Shown piece after piece: positions 1-11,760 of a stretch of DNA of 39,599 nucleotides. The stretch covers positions 32,261,536-32,301,134 of the forward strand of contig NC_068997.1 in the NCBI RefSeq assembly GCF_001194135.2. The letters run 5' to 3'. Position 1 is the first letter of the stretch. The number at the start of each line of letters is the position of its first letter. Position numbers and translations under genes: made by a program. This DNA comes from Octopus bimaculoides (Eukaryota). Below the pieces are notes generated by a model. It worked only from the letters and a program-made list of their open reading frames with translations, made no database searches and was not told the origin of the DNA.

Positions 1-64
1 ATGTAGACGAAATACCGCTAAGCATTTCGCCCGGCGTGCTAACGTTTCTGCCAGCTCGCCGCCT
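1..64 (-). mobile_element. SINE family A, 5' part (cut by window edge)
   Basis: Reverse complement of the GGCGxCGAGCTGGCAGAAACGTTAGCACGCCGGGCGAAATGCTTAGCGGTATTTCGTC head seen at 311. Confidence 0.85.
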
Positions 65-310
65 TGTATACACACATCATCATCATCACTGCAAACACCG
101 CGACCACGATCACACACACACAAAAGCACACACTAGCACTACCATCTTATACATATTACTATCCTAAACACTAACATTACCGCGCGCGCGCGCATACACG
201 CACGTGCACGCCCGCGCATGCACACACACACAACTATCATACGCAATATGATCCTGAATGTGAGGTATACGAAGAGAAAGTCTTGATGCTTGCAATATTT
301 GATGCAACGA

Positions 311-528
311 AGGCGCCGAGCTGGCAGAAACGTTAGCACGCCGGGCGAAATGCTTAGCGGTATTTCGTCTGCCACTAAGTTCTGAGTTCAAATTCCGCGG
401 AGGTCGACTTTGCCTTTCATCCTTTCGGAGTCAATAAATTAAGTACCAGTTGCGCACTGAGGTCGATCTAATCGACTGGCCCTCTCCCCCAAAATGTTGA
501 ACCTTGTGCCTAGAGTAGAAAAGAATAT
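311..528 (+). mobile_element. SINE family A, near full length (octopus-type tRNA-derived SINE)
   Basis: Head as above, B-box-like GAGTTCAAATTCC, body GTCGACTTTGCCTTTCATCC...AAGTACCAG...GGTCGATCTAATCGACT, tail CCTTGTGCCTAGAGTAGAAAAG. Seven or more homologues occur in the window. Confidence 0.85.
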
Positions 529-580
529 TTGATGCAACGTTTTAAAATTGTCTCCAGATATCGTTTTTAGTTGTAAGTCA

Positions 581-735
581 GGAGTGGACTAGGCGCAGGG
601 GCAATGCTCCTGCCCACATTGTTCTAGGTTCAATCCCACTGCGTGAGGTAAGTGTCTTATAGTATAGCCTCCGCTGACCAAAGCCTTGTGAGGGGATTTG
701 GAAGACGGAAACTTAAAGAAGCCTGTCGTACATAT
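581..735 (+). mobile_element. SINE family B, degenerate 5' half
   Basis: GGTTCAATCCCACTGCG B-box region and GACCAAAGCCTTGTGAG...GACGGAAACTTAAAGAAGCC, matching copies at 9370, 15594 and 24636. Confidence 0.75.
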
Positions 736-737
736 TC

Positions 738-930
738 TTCTGCTTGTTTCAGTCATTAGACTGCAGCCATGCTGGTGCACCACCTTCATGGGTTTTTAAT
801 CGAATGAGCTTTGTAAGCCTAGTACTTATTCTATCGAACTCTTTTGTCGAACCGCTACTTACGGGGACGTAAACACACCAATATCGGTTGCCAAGTAATG
901 ATGGGTGACAGACACAGACACAAAGACACC
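738..930 (-). mobile_element. SINE family B, 3' half, opposite orientation to the adjacent head
   Basis: Reverse complement of the tail ...GATAGAATAAGTACTAGGCTTAC...CCAGCATGGCTGCAGTCTAATGACTGAAACAAG. Confidence 0.8.
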
Positions 931-2018
931 CACGTTGCAACGTCCTGTACCTAGATATGCACCTATATATACAGGTAGATGTAGGTATGCACATACTTGT
1001 ACGTATATATGCATATACTCATTTATTATTTGTTTTACATGATCGAACGCACGCGTCATCCCTGCAAGTAAGTTTTGAACTTTATATTTTCTGACGCGAC
1101 TCTATCTCTGTATCGTTTTCCTCATCTCGTTCTTCCATCTGTTACTACTATCTCTCTCTCTTTCTTCCTCCTGTTACTACTATATCTCTCTCTTCCTCTT
1201 TCTCTCGTTGCTCACCTATTTTCTACTTCCTCCCCTTTTTTCTCCCTCTACCACTCTTTCTTCTTACCCCTCGCTGGTCACATGTGTCCAGCTACTAATT
1301 CTTTTCTTCCTTGGCTATCACCAAGCAAACATACGAACCTACTTCGTCCCGCTTCTTTCCAGTTCGTTGCTTCACAGCGTTCAATATACACATAATTTTT
1401 CACGTCTGGCCGTATAGACTTTTCCGTTTGTTTTCTGTCCACCACTACATTCCTCCATGGTACAAATTTAAATTGTGATCCGTGGGAAGAGCCATTTTAA
1501 CGATGCGTCCTGTCCTNNNNNNNNNNNNNNNNNNNNNNNNNNNNNNNNNNNNNNNNNNNNNNNNNNNNNNNNNNNNNNNNNNNNNNNNNNNNNNNNNNNN
1601 NNNNNNNNNNNNNNNNNNNNNNNNNNNNNNNNNNNNNNNNNNNNNNNNNNNNNNNNNNNNNNNNNNNNNNNNNNNNNNNNNNNNNNNNNNNNNNNNNNNN
1701 NNNNNNNNNNNNNNNNNNNNNNNNNNNNNNNNNNNNNNNNNNNNNNNNNNNNNNNNNNNNNNNNNNNNNNNNNNNNNNNNNNNNNNNNNNNNNNNNNNNN
1801 NNNNNNNNNNNNNNNNNNNNNNNNNNNNNNNNNNNNNNNNNNNNNNNNNNNNNNNNNNNNNNNNNNNNNNNNNNNNNNNNNNNNNNNNNNNNNNNNNNNN
1901 NNNNNNNNNNNNNNNNNNNNNNNNNNNNNNNNNNNNNNNNNNNNNNNNNNNNNNNNNNNNNNNNNNNNNNNNNNNNNNNNNNNNNNNNNNNNNNNNNNNN
2001 NNNNNNNNNNNNNNNNNN

Positions 2019-2079
2019 CAAATCCACCCACAAGGCTTTGGTCAGCCTGAAGCTATAGCAGAAGCCACTCCTGCGCCTA
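2019..2079 (-). mobile_element. SINE family B head with internal deletion
   Basis: On the minus strand, GGCGCAGGAGTGGCT is joined directly to TCTGCTATAGCTTCAGGCTGACCAAAGCCTTGTG; the B-box segment is missing. Confidence 0.65.
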
Positions 2080-2419
2080 TAACCAATTTATTGCTGCTGG
2101 TAAATTTTAACAGCAAATGTTATACAATAAACTCTAGCAGACATGAGGGTCACAACGTGTGATCTAATGTGAACAAAAGGCTGTTTAGAATTAAAAATTT
2201 CTTTTTTATTTATGTAAACGTTTTTCAAACAACTGTTACCGAGAACCATTGATTTAATAAAATGGGTTGTAGGGAAGATAGGAAGAAAAGGCTGGGGACC
2301 TGTTGTTGGAGAGGATCCATCATTGGATAGACAAAAGGAAGAAGGGTGGCGTTAAGAATATCCTCTATGACGTTGTTGACTGGTTTTGACTGGCGGCGGC
2401 AACTATAACCGTCATCGTC

Positions 2420-2763
2420 GCGGTCGTTTGTCATCGTCGTCGTGGTCGTGGTCGTCATCGTCGTCATCATCATCATCATCATCATCATTATCATCATTAC
2501 CATAATCATCATCACCATCATAATGGAAGACATTCAGTGAGTGACAAAAAATAGGTGCTAGGGAGAGAGAATGATAGAGAAGAAGAAGAAAACGACAGCA
2601 GGAGGAGGAGGAGGAGGAGGAATAGGAGGAGGAATAGGGGAAAGAGGAGGTGGAAGTGGAGGAGGAAGTGGAGGAGGAAGAGAATCATAGTGAAGATAAA
2701 GAGAAGAAAGAGCATAGAAGTGACGGAGGAAGAAAATGAGAATCAAGGCGAAGGAAATGATAA
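2420..2763. repeat. (TCG/TCA)n and (GGA/GAA)n-rich simple repeats
   Basis: Directly visible. They generate the spurious poly-M/T and poly-R ORFs. Confidence 0.9.
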
Positions 2764-3147
2764 NNNNNNNNNNNNNNNNNNNNNNNNNNNNNNNNNNNNN
2801 NNNNNNNNNNNNNNNNNNNNNNNNNNNNNNNNNNNNNNNNNNNNNNNNNNNNNNNNNNNNNNNNNNNNNNNNNNNNNNNNNNNNNNNNNNNNNNNNNNNN
2901 NNNNNNNNNNNNNNNNNNNNNNNNNNNNNNNNNNNNNNNNNNNNNNNNNNNNNNNNNNNNNNNNNNNNNNNNNNNNNNNNNNNNNNNNNNNNNNNNNNNN
3001 NNNNNNNNNNNNNNNNNNNNNNNNNNNNNNNNNNNNNNNNNNNNNNNNNNNNNNNNNNNNNNNNNNNNNNNNNNNNNNNNNNNNNNNNNNNNNNNNNNNN
3101 NNNNNNNNNNNNGCACGCACACACGCACGCACGCACGCACGCACGCA

Positions 3148-3185
<38 letters not shown>

Positions 3186-4149
3186 CACACAATCGGTTGG
3201 ATACACATCGAAATAGAGAAAATTTGATTGTCAGGAACGTTACGCAGACGCAAACCGGCACAGCATAAAAAGAAGAAAGAAAGAAAAAGCCAGAAACTAT
3301 TTGTAGACTCAGTAAGACACGGCTAATTAAAGACAATGCGATGTAGGCGGACAGAATCATTGGCAAGGAATTGTTACAGACCGAATCAGTGTTACGAATA
3401 GACTCAGATGGACAAATTGACTCAAACAAATAAATTGCCGCAGACAAGCAGTGTAGATAGACTCATTCTTATAGTGTTACAAATATACTCAGAAGACAGT
3501 GTCACGAATGGATGAATATTGACAATGACAGTGTGTGTGTGTGTGTGTTTTGAATAAACAAGATGATATGCGATAGTTCTTCTTGCTCTCTATGTTCTAA
3601 TTTGAAATCCGGCCTCGTTCGACTTAGCCTTTTATACTACTCACTTACTATAACCGATGTTATCGACTAATACCCACTTCCTTTGTTTACTGTAATATAT
3701 ATACAATGATGTTTGTTAATTTATCATTTTAATAGTAAATTTTTGATGAGCGATATCTCTTGGAAAAGGTTATCCATTTGAGCGATCTAAACTTTCAGCA
3801 ATTACAAACACCCGAAGACTCTTACAGTCACGCTCTTATATTACATCTGTAAACATCAATAACATAACTTCCAAACGGACATAATGGTGTTTGGCCAACC
3901 TGCTAGAAATAACAGCTACCACCACCACGATTACGCTCCCCTCTATTCATTTATATAAGCAATACTCAACATTACTTTTAAAAAACAGTACAAAACTCTA
4001 ATCTAGTCAACTATATCTCAGGCCACTATATTTAAGGACTGCATAAGAACAACTCTTCCAGGACCAGCATTTTCCTAAATGGCGTAACTCAGGGATACAT
4101 CTAGCCTGCTTTTTTCGACCTATACTTTCTCATACATCTCAACAAAACA

Positions 4150-4440
4150 TGCGGACAGCCTCGTGCACCAATCACATCATACATACTTCCGCCATTTTCA
4201 AACACACATACAAACATCATACTATGATAATGATATAAATGGTTTAAGCTAGCAGCCACCAAATCCGCCGTCTTTCTGTCTAGCAACATCAGAGTACATC
4301 AAATACAACCAATCGTCACACTCAACGACATAAATAGTTACTTACAACTTTTCCATAACATAAAGAAAACACAGTAAAGAAAACAAAACGGCAGCTAAAT
4401 ATAGAGTAATCACTGTTACCATATTTGGCCAATAGAAATC
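4150..4440. promoter_or_regulatory. possible promoter-like motif cluster (CCAAT x3, YY1/ETS-like ACTTCCGCCATTTT)
   Basis: CCAAT near 4168, 4309 and 4428, with ACTTCCGCCATTTT at about 4185-4198. No linked gene was found and it could be TE-derived. Confidence 0.2.
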
Positions 4441-4609
4441 GGCAATAAAAAGGTGTACAAACAATACTTTGGGTCTATCATCGATTATTCCACTCTTGCA
4501 TGGGCCCCCAATCTCTCTATCATAACAGATTGTACGTAATCCAGTCTATACATACAGAACAGCAACACAAACGGATCAAGAATAAAGAAATATGAACATG
4601 CAATGAGCT

Positions 4610-4895
4610 CAGTTTGTTGATGCAACCAACTTCACCTCCCAAAGTCCCTGTCATTTCATGAACAACCACCTTGAAACATCCAGACACATTCACAATATCC
4701 CGAACCATTACTACATTCTAAAAACACTAACTTTTCTTTCGCTGCTCACAAACGGAGTCAGGATCGCACTCTCCAGCTCAAAATCTCATTCTGGATTATG
4801 TGAATAAGAGGAAGACCATGGAAGAATTTCTGAATGGCGTAAGGAAGAGCATCAACTTGTTGCCAAATGAACTTCAAATGAAATTCAGCACTTAA
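4610..4895 (+). pseudogene. possible highly decayed non-LTR retrotransposon C-terminus
   Basis: My translation gives SPCHFMNNHLETSRHIHNIPN, resembling a degenerate C-x2-C...ETxxH...C knuckle, then in another frame NLILDYVNKRKTMEEFLNGVRKSINLLP*. Resemblance is weak. Confidence 0.25.
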
Positions 4896-5646
4896 TGAAG
4901 TTTTCAATATTGTGTTTGTTTTTAATTGTTCAAAGATACGATATGATGTTCTTTTTTTATAAGTGATTGGGATTATTCTATAATTAATGTAATATTTTAC
5001 ACATCAGAGAAGTATAGTAGGAATAAAAATTATGATTTTAAAATTTTACGTTTAAGAATTTGTTTCACAAGATTCCTGATGTGAAATTGTGTGTTGAAAC
5101 AGACATTGTTATATTCCGGGACGGTCATTTTTTTCTTTTTTTTTCATGCCAAATAAACACACGCACTAGTATATTCGTTCTTCACTTGCTTATTATTGTT
5201 CTTATTTTATCTTATGTCCATTGTCTGGGAATCTTTCGTCAGACATCTGTGACATGTTCAGCGACTCTTCCATTCTCGTGTGCAAATCGTCCTCGAGTTT
5301 TTTTCTAGAGAGGTTTTGTCCTAGAAGGGTTCTGTCCTATACTAGCCTACATGCAAGCAGAAATAAATATGGCATCAGTAATCTTACTGGTCCCTAATAT
5401 TGTACTGGGATGTATACTACCCACAATAAGTGCAGAAGAACAGTAATTGTCACGTTCTGACTAAAGTTTTCCCTTGCTTAGCTCCTCTGTGACCACCGCT
5501 AGAGTCAACGGGCTAAATATATGGTTAGATTGGTGAGTGGGAGAGTGCATCACGTCCAGGTTGTAATACTACCGACCAACGTACGATCCATCACAGCATG
5601 TCAGAGTGTGTGCAGAGAAGATGTAATTGAGATGGTCGATCTATAA

Positions 5647-5900
5647 CAATGATTCTCAACCATTTTTTAACTATGGATCTTTTCGATTACTATTTTACTC
5701 GGATTGAATCTACCCACCCAGCTACTTGAGGTTTAAAAAACCCTGTTATATTTTTATAATCAAATATTATTAGGAATTGTATAAAAAAAAGTATTTTGTG
5801 CATTGTAGAAGTATAACTAATTTATTGCATCTAAATTTTAACAGCAAAATTTTATATGTGGTCCCTGAAGGGTCATATGGACCCCGGTGGAGAACCTGTG
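5647..5900 (+). mobile_element. hAT (Charlie-like) MITE
   Basis: Termini resemble CAGTGGTTCTCAACC...GGTTGAGAACCACTG, with ATGGACCCC subterminal motifs. The body ATAATCAAATATTATTAGGAATTG is shared with the 8491 and 20427 copies. Confidence 0.75.
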
Positions 5901-6644
5901 TGGATCGGGTCTTATCATTCAGCGCTGACTACCTGCCATAAGACTGAGCTGATTTGGGGACGGGACCTTGCACATCAACAACGATGACACCACTCCCATA
6001 CGTCTACAATCCCCACCCTATCCCCACCACCACCACCACCACGGAGAAAGCCGCCGCACGCACCATCAGTATTACTTCTTCAATCATCATCTACACTATC
6101 CATCTACCATCTCCACTTCCCCACCACAATCACCATCATACACAACTACAACTACCGCCATTCACCGAAAAGTAGCTTTTAATTAAAATCTTTTAAATAA
6201 TTAAAAAAATCAATCCTTTCGTTTTATTTCTTAACCGTTTTAGCGTGATTGTGTGTGTATGTGCCTGTGTGTGTGTTGTAAGAAATGTCTATGCGTTACA
6301 TATATAATATGCATATGTGTGTGTGTGAGTATGTGTGTATTGCCTGATGTACATATGTGTGCACACTGTATAGTCGATATGTATGTTTTTATGTGATGTC
6401 TGAATACTTAATATTAAGTACGTGACGTATGTTTTCCATGTTGTATATGTGTACGTGGTGTGTGTGTGAGTGTGTGTGTGTGTATTCGCATGGTTGTGTG
6501 TCTGTATGTATATTTGCGTGATGTGTGCGACATATATGTTTCATATGCGCACGTATCTGTGTGTGTGTATGTGTATGTGCGTGGGTATGTGATTGCGTGT
6601 TTGTGTGTGTGTGTGTGTATGTTTGTGTGTGTGTTTGTGCGTGT

Positions 6645-7143
6645 CTGCAGAATTTCTTGCCAAGTTTCTTGCTGCTCTGCCATAATAGCCAAGTTTGTAG
6701 AGATACCCGGCAGCTGTACTGGTTCTGACGTCAACTTGTTCTGTTATGTCAGAGGCCTTGCAACGAGGATTACCCCCCCCACAGTTCTCTCAGCAAAGTG
6801 AAAGGTCCTTTCAGGGGGGCCCTGGTAGATCTGGGCGAGTTGATGTGGACTCCTTCCCCTCATTGGTGAATTTGCACAATCACTCTAGTAACTGTAGAAA
6901 GTGTGGGATCCAAGGATTTCTGCGATTTTACACTATGTCCATTTTCAGAATGACCCACAATACGGCTTCTTTGAGATTCAGACAGTTCCAAGCCTTCTTC
7001 TGCACGTGGCACGATTAAACAGTCACACAGAGAACCTGAAACATAAAAATGACAATTAATAAAAAGTATAAACCTTTACAAGTTTGAATAAAAATAAAAC
7101 GATGTTTTATGGAGTGTCTCTTTACTTCTGTCATGTTTGTGTA
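6645..7143 (-). mobile_element. Tc1-family DNA transposon, 5' fragment (TIR plus decayed transposase N-terminus)
   Basis: The minus strand begins TACACAAACATGACAGAAGTAAAGAGACAC (Tc1-like TIR, TA). Translation from 7012: (M)PRAEEGLELSESQRSRIVGHSENGHS...LSTVTRVIVQ, then a stop and frameshift, then NPRCKASDITEQVDVRTSTAAGYLYKLGYYGRAAR, i.e. a paired-like HTH and the GYxxRxARxK motif. Truncated at (GT)n. Confidence 0.85.
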
Positions 7144-7193
7144 TATTTCATATGCGCATGTATGCGTGCGTGTATATGTGTGTGTGTGTATGT

Positions 7194-7235
<42 letters not shown>

Positions 7236-7384
7236 GGTTGATTGAGAAGTATGTACTGCATGTTATTTCTCATTGCAGCGTGTGTATATCATGTCTGTTA
7301 TATGTATACGTCGTGTGTATAATGTTGTTTGCGAACGTTCACATTTATATGTGCATTGTGCATGAGAGAGTGGGGGAAGATAGC

Positions 7385-7394
7385 TTGAAACAAG

Positions 7395-7432
<38 letters not shown>

Positions 7433-7545
7433 CTGAAAGAGAGATAGAGAGACTGAAAGAGAGAGAGAGACTGAAAGAGAGAGTAAGAGACTGAAAGAGA
7501 GAGAGAGACACTGAAAGAGAGAGAGACTGAAAGAGAGAGAAGTGG
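7385..7545. repeat. (GA)n-derived minisatellite with recurring CTGAAA
   Basis: Six GAGA(C)ACTGAAAGAGAGA-type units of about 18-20 bp. Confidence 0.9.
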
Positions 7546-8239
7546 TGGATACTGGGATAAGTGGTGAATGAGGGTGGAAGAAATGACGCAGGAAACAATC
7601 GACGTAGATATATTGATCGACGGTTATCAATTTAACATCAATGATATTGAGCCGTGTTCTTAAGTAGAGGACCTTAAAACTAGCCAACATTACAAAATAT
7701 ATGCTATGTTGACATGGTAAACAGCTTTGAGTGCGTAGATGTTGACAGGCTATACAATACAGACATATATGCATGTGTATATGTATATCTATTTATGAAT
7801 GTACATGTACGTATGCATGTATGCATGTGTGTGTATGTATATTATGTGTATATATATATGTGTGTGTGTGTGTGTGTATTTATGTATGTATGTATGTGTA
7901 GATACACACACATACACACGCATACACATACGTACGCACATATGATTATATGTTTACAGTGATGGCAATACGTATGTAGATACCTTCTAGCAACAAACTG
8001 CATTGATGTTGTTTAACTCTTGAAATCATGTAGACCCACCAATGAAAGGCATTTCAGCCGTGACCATCTCCTCTCTCTACGCCCACACACTGTATATCTA
8101 AGATTATATTATCCAATGTAATATGCATGTAAGTCTTAACTATTGTTAGTTTCGTAGGGATGCCTTCGTGACAAACTGTGTGTCTGGAACATTGCAAATC
8201 TGGTGGGGCCCGTCCCTCTTCCAGAGAGAAAGAGACAGA

Positions 8240-8392
8240 GGGAGAATCGACTCCAGTTTATAGCTGGTACTTTCTTTATCGACTACGAAAAGACAAAAAA
8301 ATTAGTTGACTTCAAAGGGATTTGAACTTAGAGCTCAGATAGTCAAAACGAATACTGCAAGACGTTCCATCCAACAGTCCAACAGTTCTGCT
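8240..8392 (-). mobile_element. SINE family A, old degenerate copy
   Basis: CTGGTACTTTCTTTATCGAC...GATTTGAACTTAGA match the reverse complement of the family A body. Confidence 0.6.
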
Positions 8393-8490
8393 AATACGCT
8401 GCTTTTTGTCTAATATTACCTTTTCTTTTAAGGCGTTAGACGTGGGATTTGAGGGAGATTTGGCTGCGAGTTCATAATAAGCCTCTCGGT

Positions 8491-8694
8491 CAGTGTTTCT
8501 CAACCATTTTTTTTACCCATGGACCCCCTTGATTTCTAATTTACCCAAGTGGGACCTCCTCGTCAACCGATGCTTTCCAAAAATACTTTATAATCAAATA
8601 TTATTAGGAATTGCATAACAAAAGATTATATCGTAACAAAAAAAATCTTATATGGACCTCTAAGGGCCTTATGGACCCCGGTTGAGAGCCACAG
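8491..8694 (+). mobile_element. hAT MITE
   Basis: CAGTGTTTCTCAACC...GGTTGAGAGCCACAG. Flanks ctctcggt / ctctagat resemble a decayed 8-bp TSD. Confidence 0.8.
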
Positions 8695-8719
8695 CTCTAG
8701 ATATTGTCCAGAGAGGGAG

Positions 8720-8815
8720 AGAGAGAAAGAAAGAGAGAAGAGGAGAAAGAAAGAGAGAAGAGGAGAAAGAAAGAGAGAAGAGGAGAAAGAAAGAGAGAAG
8801 AGGAGAAAGAGAGAG
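8720..8815. repeat. 20-bp tandem repeat (AAGAGAGAAGAGGAGAAAGA) x about 4.5
   Basis: Direct inspection. Confidence 0.9.
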
Positions 8816-9369
8816 AGGGGGAATGGAATATAGATTTTTGGATAGTTTGTCTTCAAAGTCTGTAAACTGATTTGGTTATTTCCTGCTTATTCCCAATGTT
8901 TTTCGCTATGATAACAACCTCAGTGAGATTAATTGTATACAGTGATGATGAAATAATCAGTAATTAGCGAACAATATTAATTAACTGAACAAGCAAGAGA
9001 AACAGTTCCCAATGCATTTGTCTTGTTAGGCTTCATCTGCAGCGTTATATCTTTCGTTTGCATTAATCTCATAAATAATCTGTGCTACATTTAAGAAGTA
9101 AAAAGAAACCTCTATGAAAATGATTTCCAGCCTCTGGGAATCCGCAAAGAAAGTGTTAGGATGGAGCTGTGAACGTGTTGAATAGAAAAGACTTCTCAAA
9201 AGACTAAGGTCTTTGAAAAAATCAAATTGATATACAAAGGGGCCATGGTAAACATATTTTCCCTTAAACCTTTCCATTATGTCTTTAGAAAAGGTATGTA
9301 ACAGTGGTACCTATGGACCTCCCCATCAGCCATTGAAGTTTAAAATAATTCTATTATATTTTTATAATC

Positions 9370-9740
9370 TGGCTGTGTGGTAAATCGCTTACTAACCAAC
9401 CACATGGTTCCAGGTTCAGTCCCACCGCGTGGTACCTTGAGAAAGTGTCATCTTTTCGGGCCGACCAAAGTCTTATAAGTGGATTTGGCAGACAGAAACT
9501 GAATGAAGATCGGCGTATATATATATGTGTATATATATATGTATGTGTATGTATATGTATTTGTGTCCTGTGTTTCCACCCAACATCGTTTGACAATCGA
9601 TGCTGGTGCGTATATGTCCTCGTAACTTAGCGGTTCCATAAGAGACGGGTAGAATAAGTACTAGGCTTTAAAAGAATAAGTCCTGGAGTCGATTTGCTCG
9701 ACTAAAGGCGTTACTCCAGCATGGCCACAGTCATTTGACT
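9370..9740 (+). mobile_element. SINE family B, full length
   Basis: TGGCTGTGTGGTAA A-box-like, GGTTCAGTCCC B-box-like, central (TA/TG)n, tail ending CCAGCATGGCCACAGTCA. Confidence 0.88.
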
Positions 9741-10812
9741 GCGGCCATGCTGGCAATCTGTGTGGCAGATCAAAAGGATCTGCCACACAGATCAGACGCA
9801 TTCTTGTCTGTCTCCTTTCCTATCTTTTCTCCTGTGAAAGTATGTTCCTCCAGCGTTCTCCACCTCACCTCGTTATGGCTTAGCAGCCCTTACTGCTTGT
9901 TCGCAAATCCCAAATTTTATTGTGCCTGAAAAAGAAAGATGGCCGCTGGTCACATGTGAGCAGCGAGAGAGTCAAAGAAGAAGTGATGGAGAAAGAGGAA
10001 CAGATAAAGAACGTTAAAGGGGTGGGGAGAAGAATAATAGAAAGGATGAGAGAGAAAAAAGGGGCGACAACTGATGAAAGAATTGTTCTTTATGTTGCCT
10101 GTTTTGTTTTTCTATTTGTTTCTTTCGTTGTTCGCAAAAAAAGTTCGTTTTCCATGTTTTTGTATTTCATGTTGTGTACGTTTTTTGACGTCCTGTACCA
10201 ATATATGCATGTGTATATACATATATATGTATGTACATGTATGTATATATNNNNNNNNNNNNNNNNNNNNNNNNNNNNNNNNNNNNNNNNNNNNNNNNNN
10301 NNNNNNNNNNNNNNNNNNNNNNNNNNNNNNNNNNNNNNNNNNNNNNNNNNNNNNNNNNNNNNNNNNNNNNNNTATATGTATGTATGTATGCATGTATGTA
10401 TGCATGTATGTATGTATGTATGTATGTATGTATGTATGCATGTATGTATACATGTATGTATGTATGCATGTATGCATAAGGAGGGGAGAGAGATTGCAAT
10501 GGCGCAAATTATTATGAGCATTAATAATATGGCTCAGGGAGAAATACCCCAGGAGAGCAATGAACATACTGCATACAAAATACGATAAGGTCTTTCATAT
10601 GTATAACAACAGATGGAAAATCGTCAGCCAGCGGAGATGGTCCAAGCAATTAACTGACAATATCTTCTGAATTTCGTTGGTGAGAGTGTGGGCAAATGAT
10701 AAAATTACTGCTTCTTTATCTGTTTCAAAAGTATGAAAATGAAGTTCGCTCCTGGTGGTATTTGATTATAGATTAATCAAACAGTGAACAAGATATATTC
10801 AAACATTGAGAT

Positions 10813-11204
10813 CTGTTGTTCTCAACCAGGGGGTCCATGTGACTCCACGTGGTCCATATAAGATTGGGGGGGGGGGCACGCAATCAAAATAATAGAATAG
10901 GTCCACTGTAGTATTTTAAAAGTAATCAAAAAGCAAAATTAGCTTTAGATGAATCTATTGTAAGAAATAGCTCAGTTTGTTTCTCTAACATTTTACATAG
11001 TCCAACATGTTTCCAGCCAATGGAACATGTTCTCTCAGAGAGTTCTATACAAACCTAAACAAGTTAATGTGGGAAAAACAAAATGGGAATTTTGAAAGAA
11101 GCGTCCATAAAACTAGTTTTAAACATTGAATGGTTATAGGGGTCTGCTACAACAGAATAGTAATCAAAGGGGTTCGTATGTAAAAAAATTGTTAAGAATC
11201 ACTG
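10813..11204 (-). mobile_element. hAT MITE, longer variant
   Basis: TIRs CTGTTGTTCTCAACC / TGTTAAGAATCACTG, GGGGTCCAT subterminal motifs, flanks attgagat / atctagat (6/8 TSD). Confidence 0.75.
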
Positions 11205-11629
11205 ATCTAGATCTACCTTCTATCATCTCGCCCATTATCACATCATTCTATTTTCTTCATTATATTAAACACTCAATACTGGTTTCTTTTAGACTGGGTA
11301 TAAAATACCCAATATTCTAGAGATAGTGAAAAACTGAATAGCTTGATGTCAACGATTTCATATAACTATTAGCAAAAACAGCAGGAGACAGCCAGACTGT
11401 ACCTGTCCTTGCTTGTTAGCAGCAACTCTTGACCAACTTTATTATCAATATCTGGTCCTTGAATGATTACCAGTCTCCTCTTTGTTGCAAGCACCCAGGC
11501 TGGGTCTCCAGTCTTTTATTTTCTATCGATGAGAGCTATGGTAATGACCATGACCCTTTTGCAGGGCCCCGCGAGAGTGGGAGGGAGTAATGTATCATCA
11601 AAGTAGAGTCCTTTCTAACGACAGGGTGG

Positions 11630-11760
11630 ATTCTATTACAGGCTCCCCAAACCGGATTAAGTTTACCACTTTTGTAGATCATGGCGCACGGCGGGATTTG
11701 AACTCGGAACACAAAGAGCTCCAAGAGATATCACCCCGCTCTAACAATTCTTCCAGTTCC
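11630..11760 (-). mobile_element. SINE family A, very degenerate
   Basis: GGGATTTGAACTCGGAAC...CTAACAATTCTTCCAG resembles the reverse complement of the head. Confidence 0.45.

Noticed and set aside
7385-8815. Regularly spaced units (CTGAAA-anchored; 20-bp tandem) as CRISPR-like arrays
   Set aside because: No unique spacers, derived from GA microsatellites, eukaryotic context and no cas genes.
9026-9277. 83-aa minus-strand ORF next to a hAT-MITE fragment as possible transposase
   Set aside because: I could find no hAT catalytic or dimerisation motif in it.
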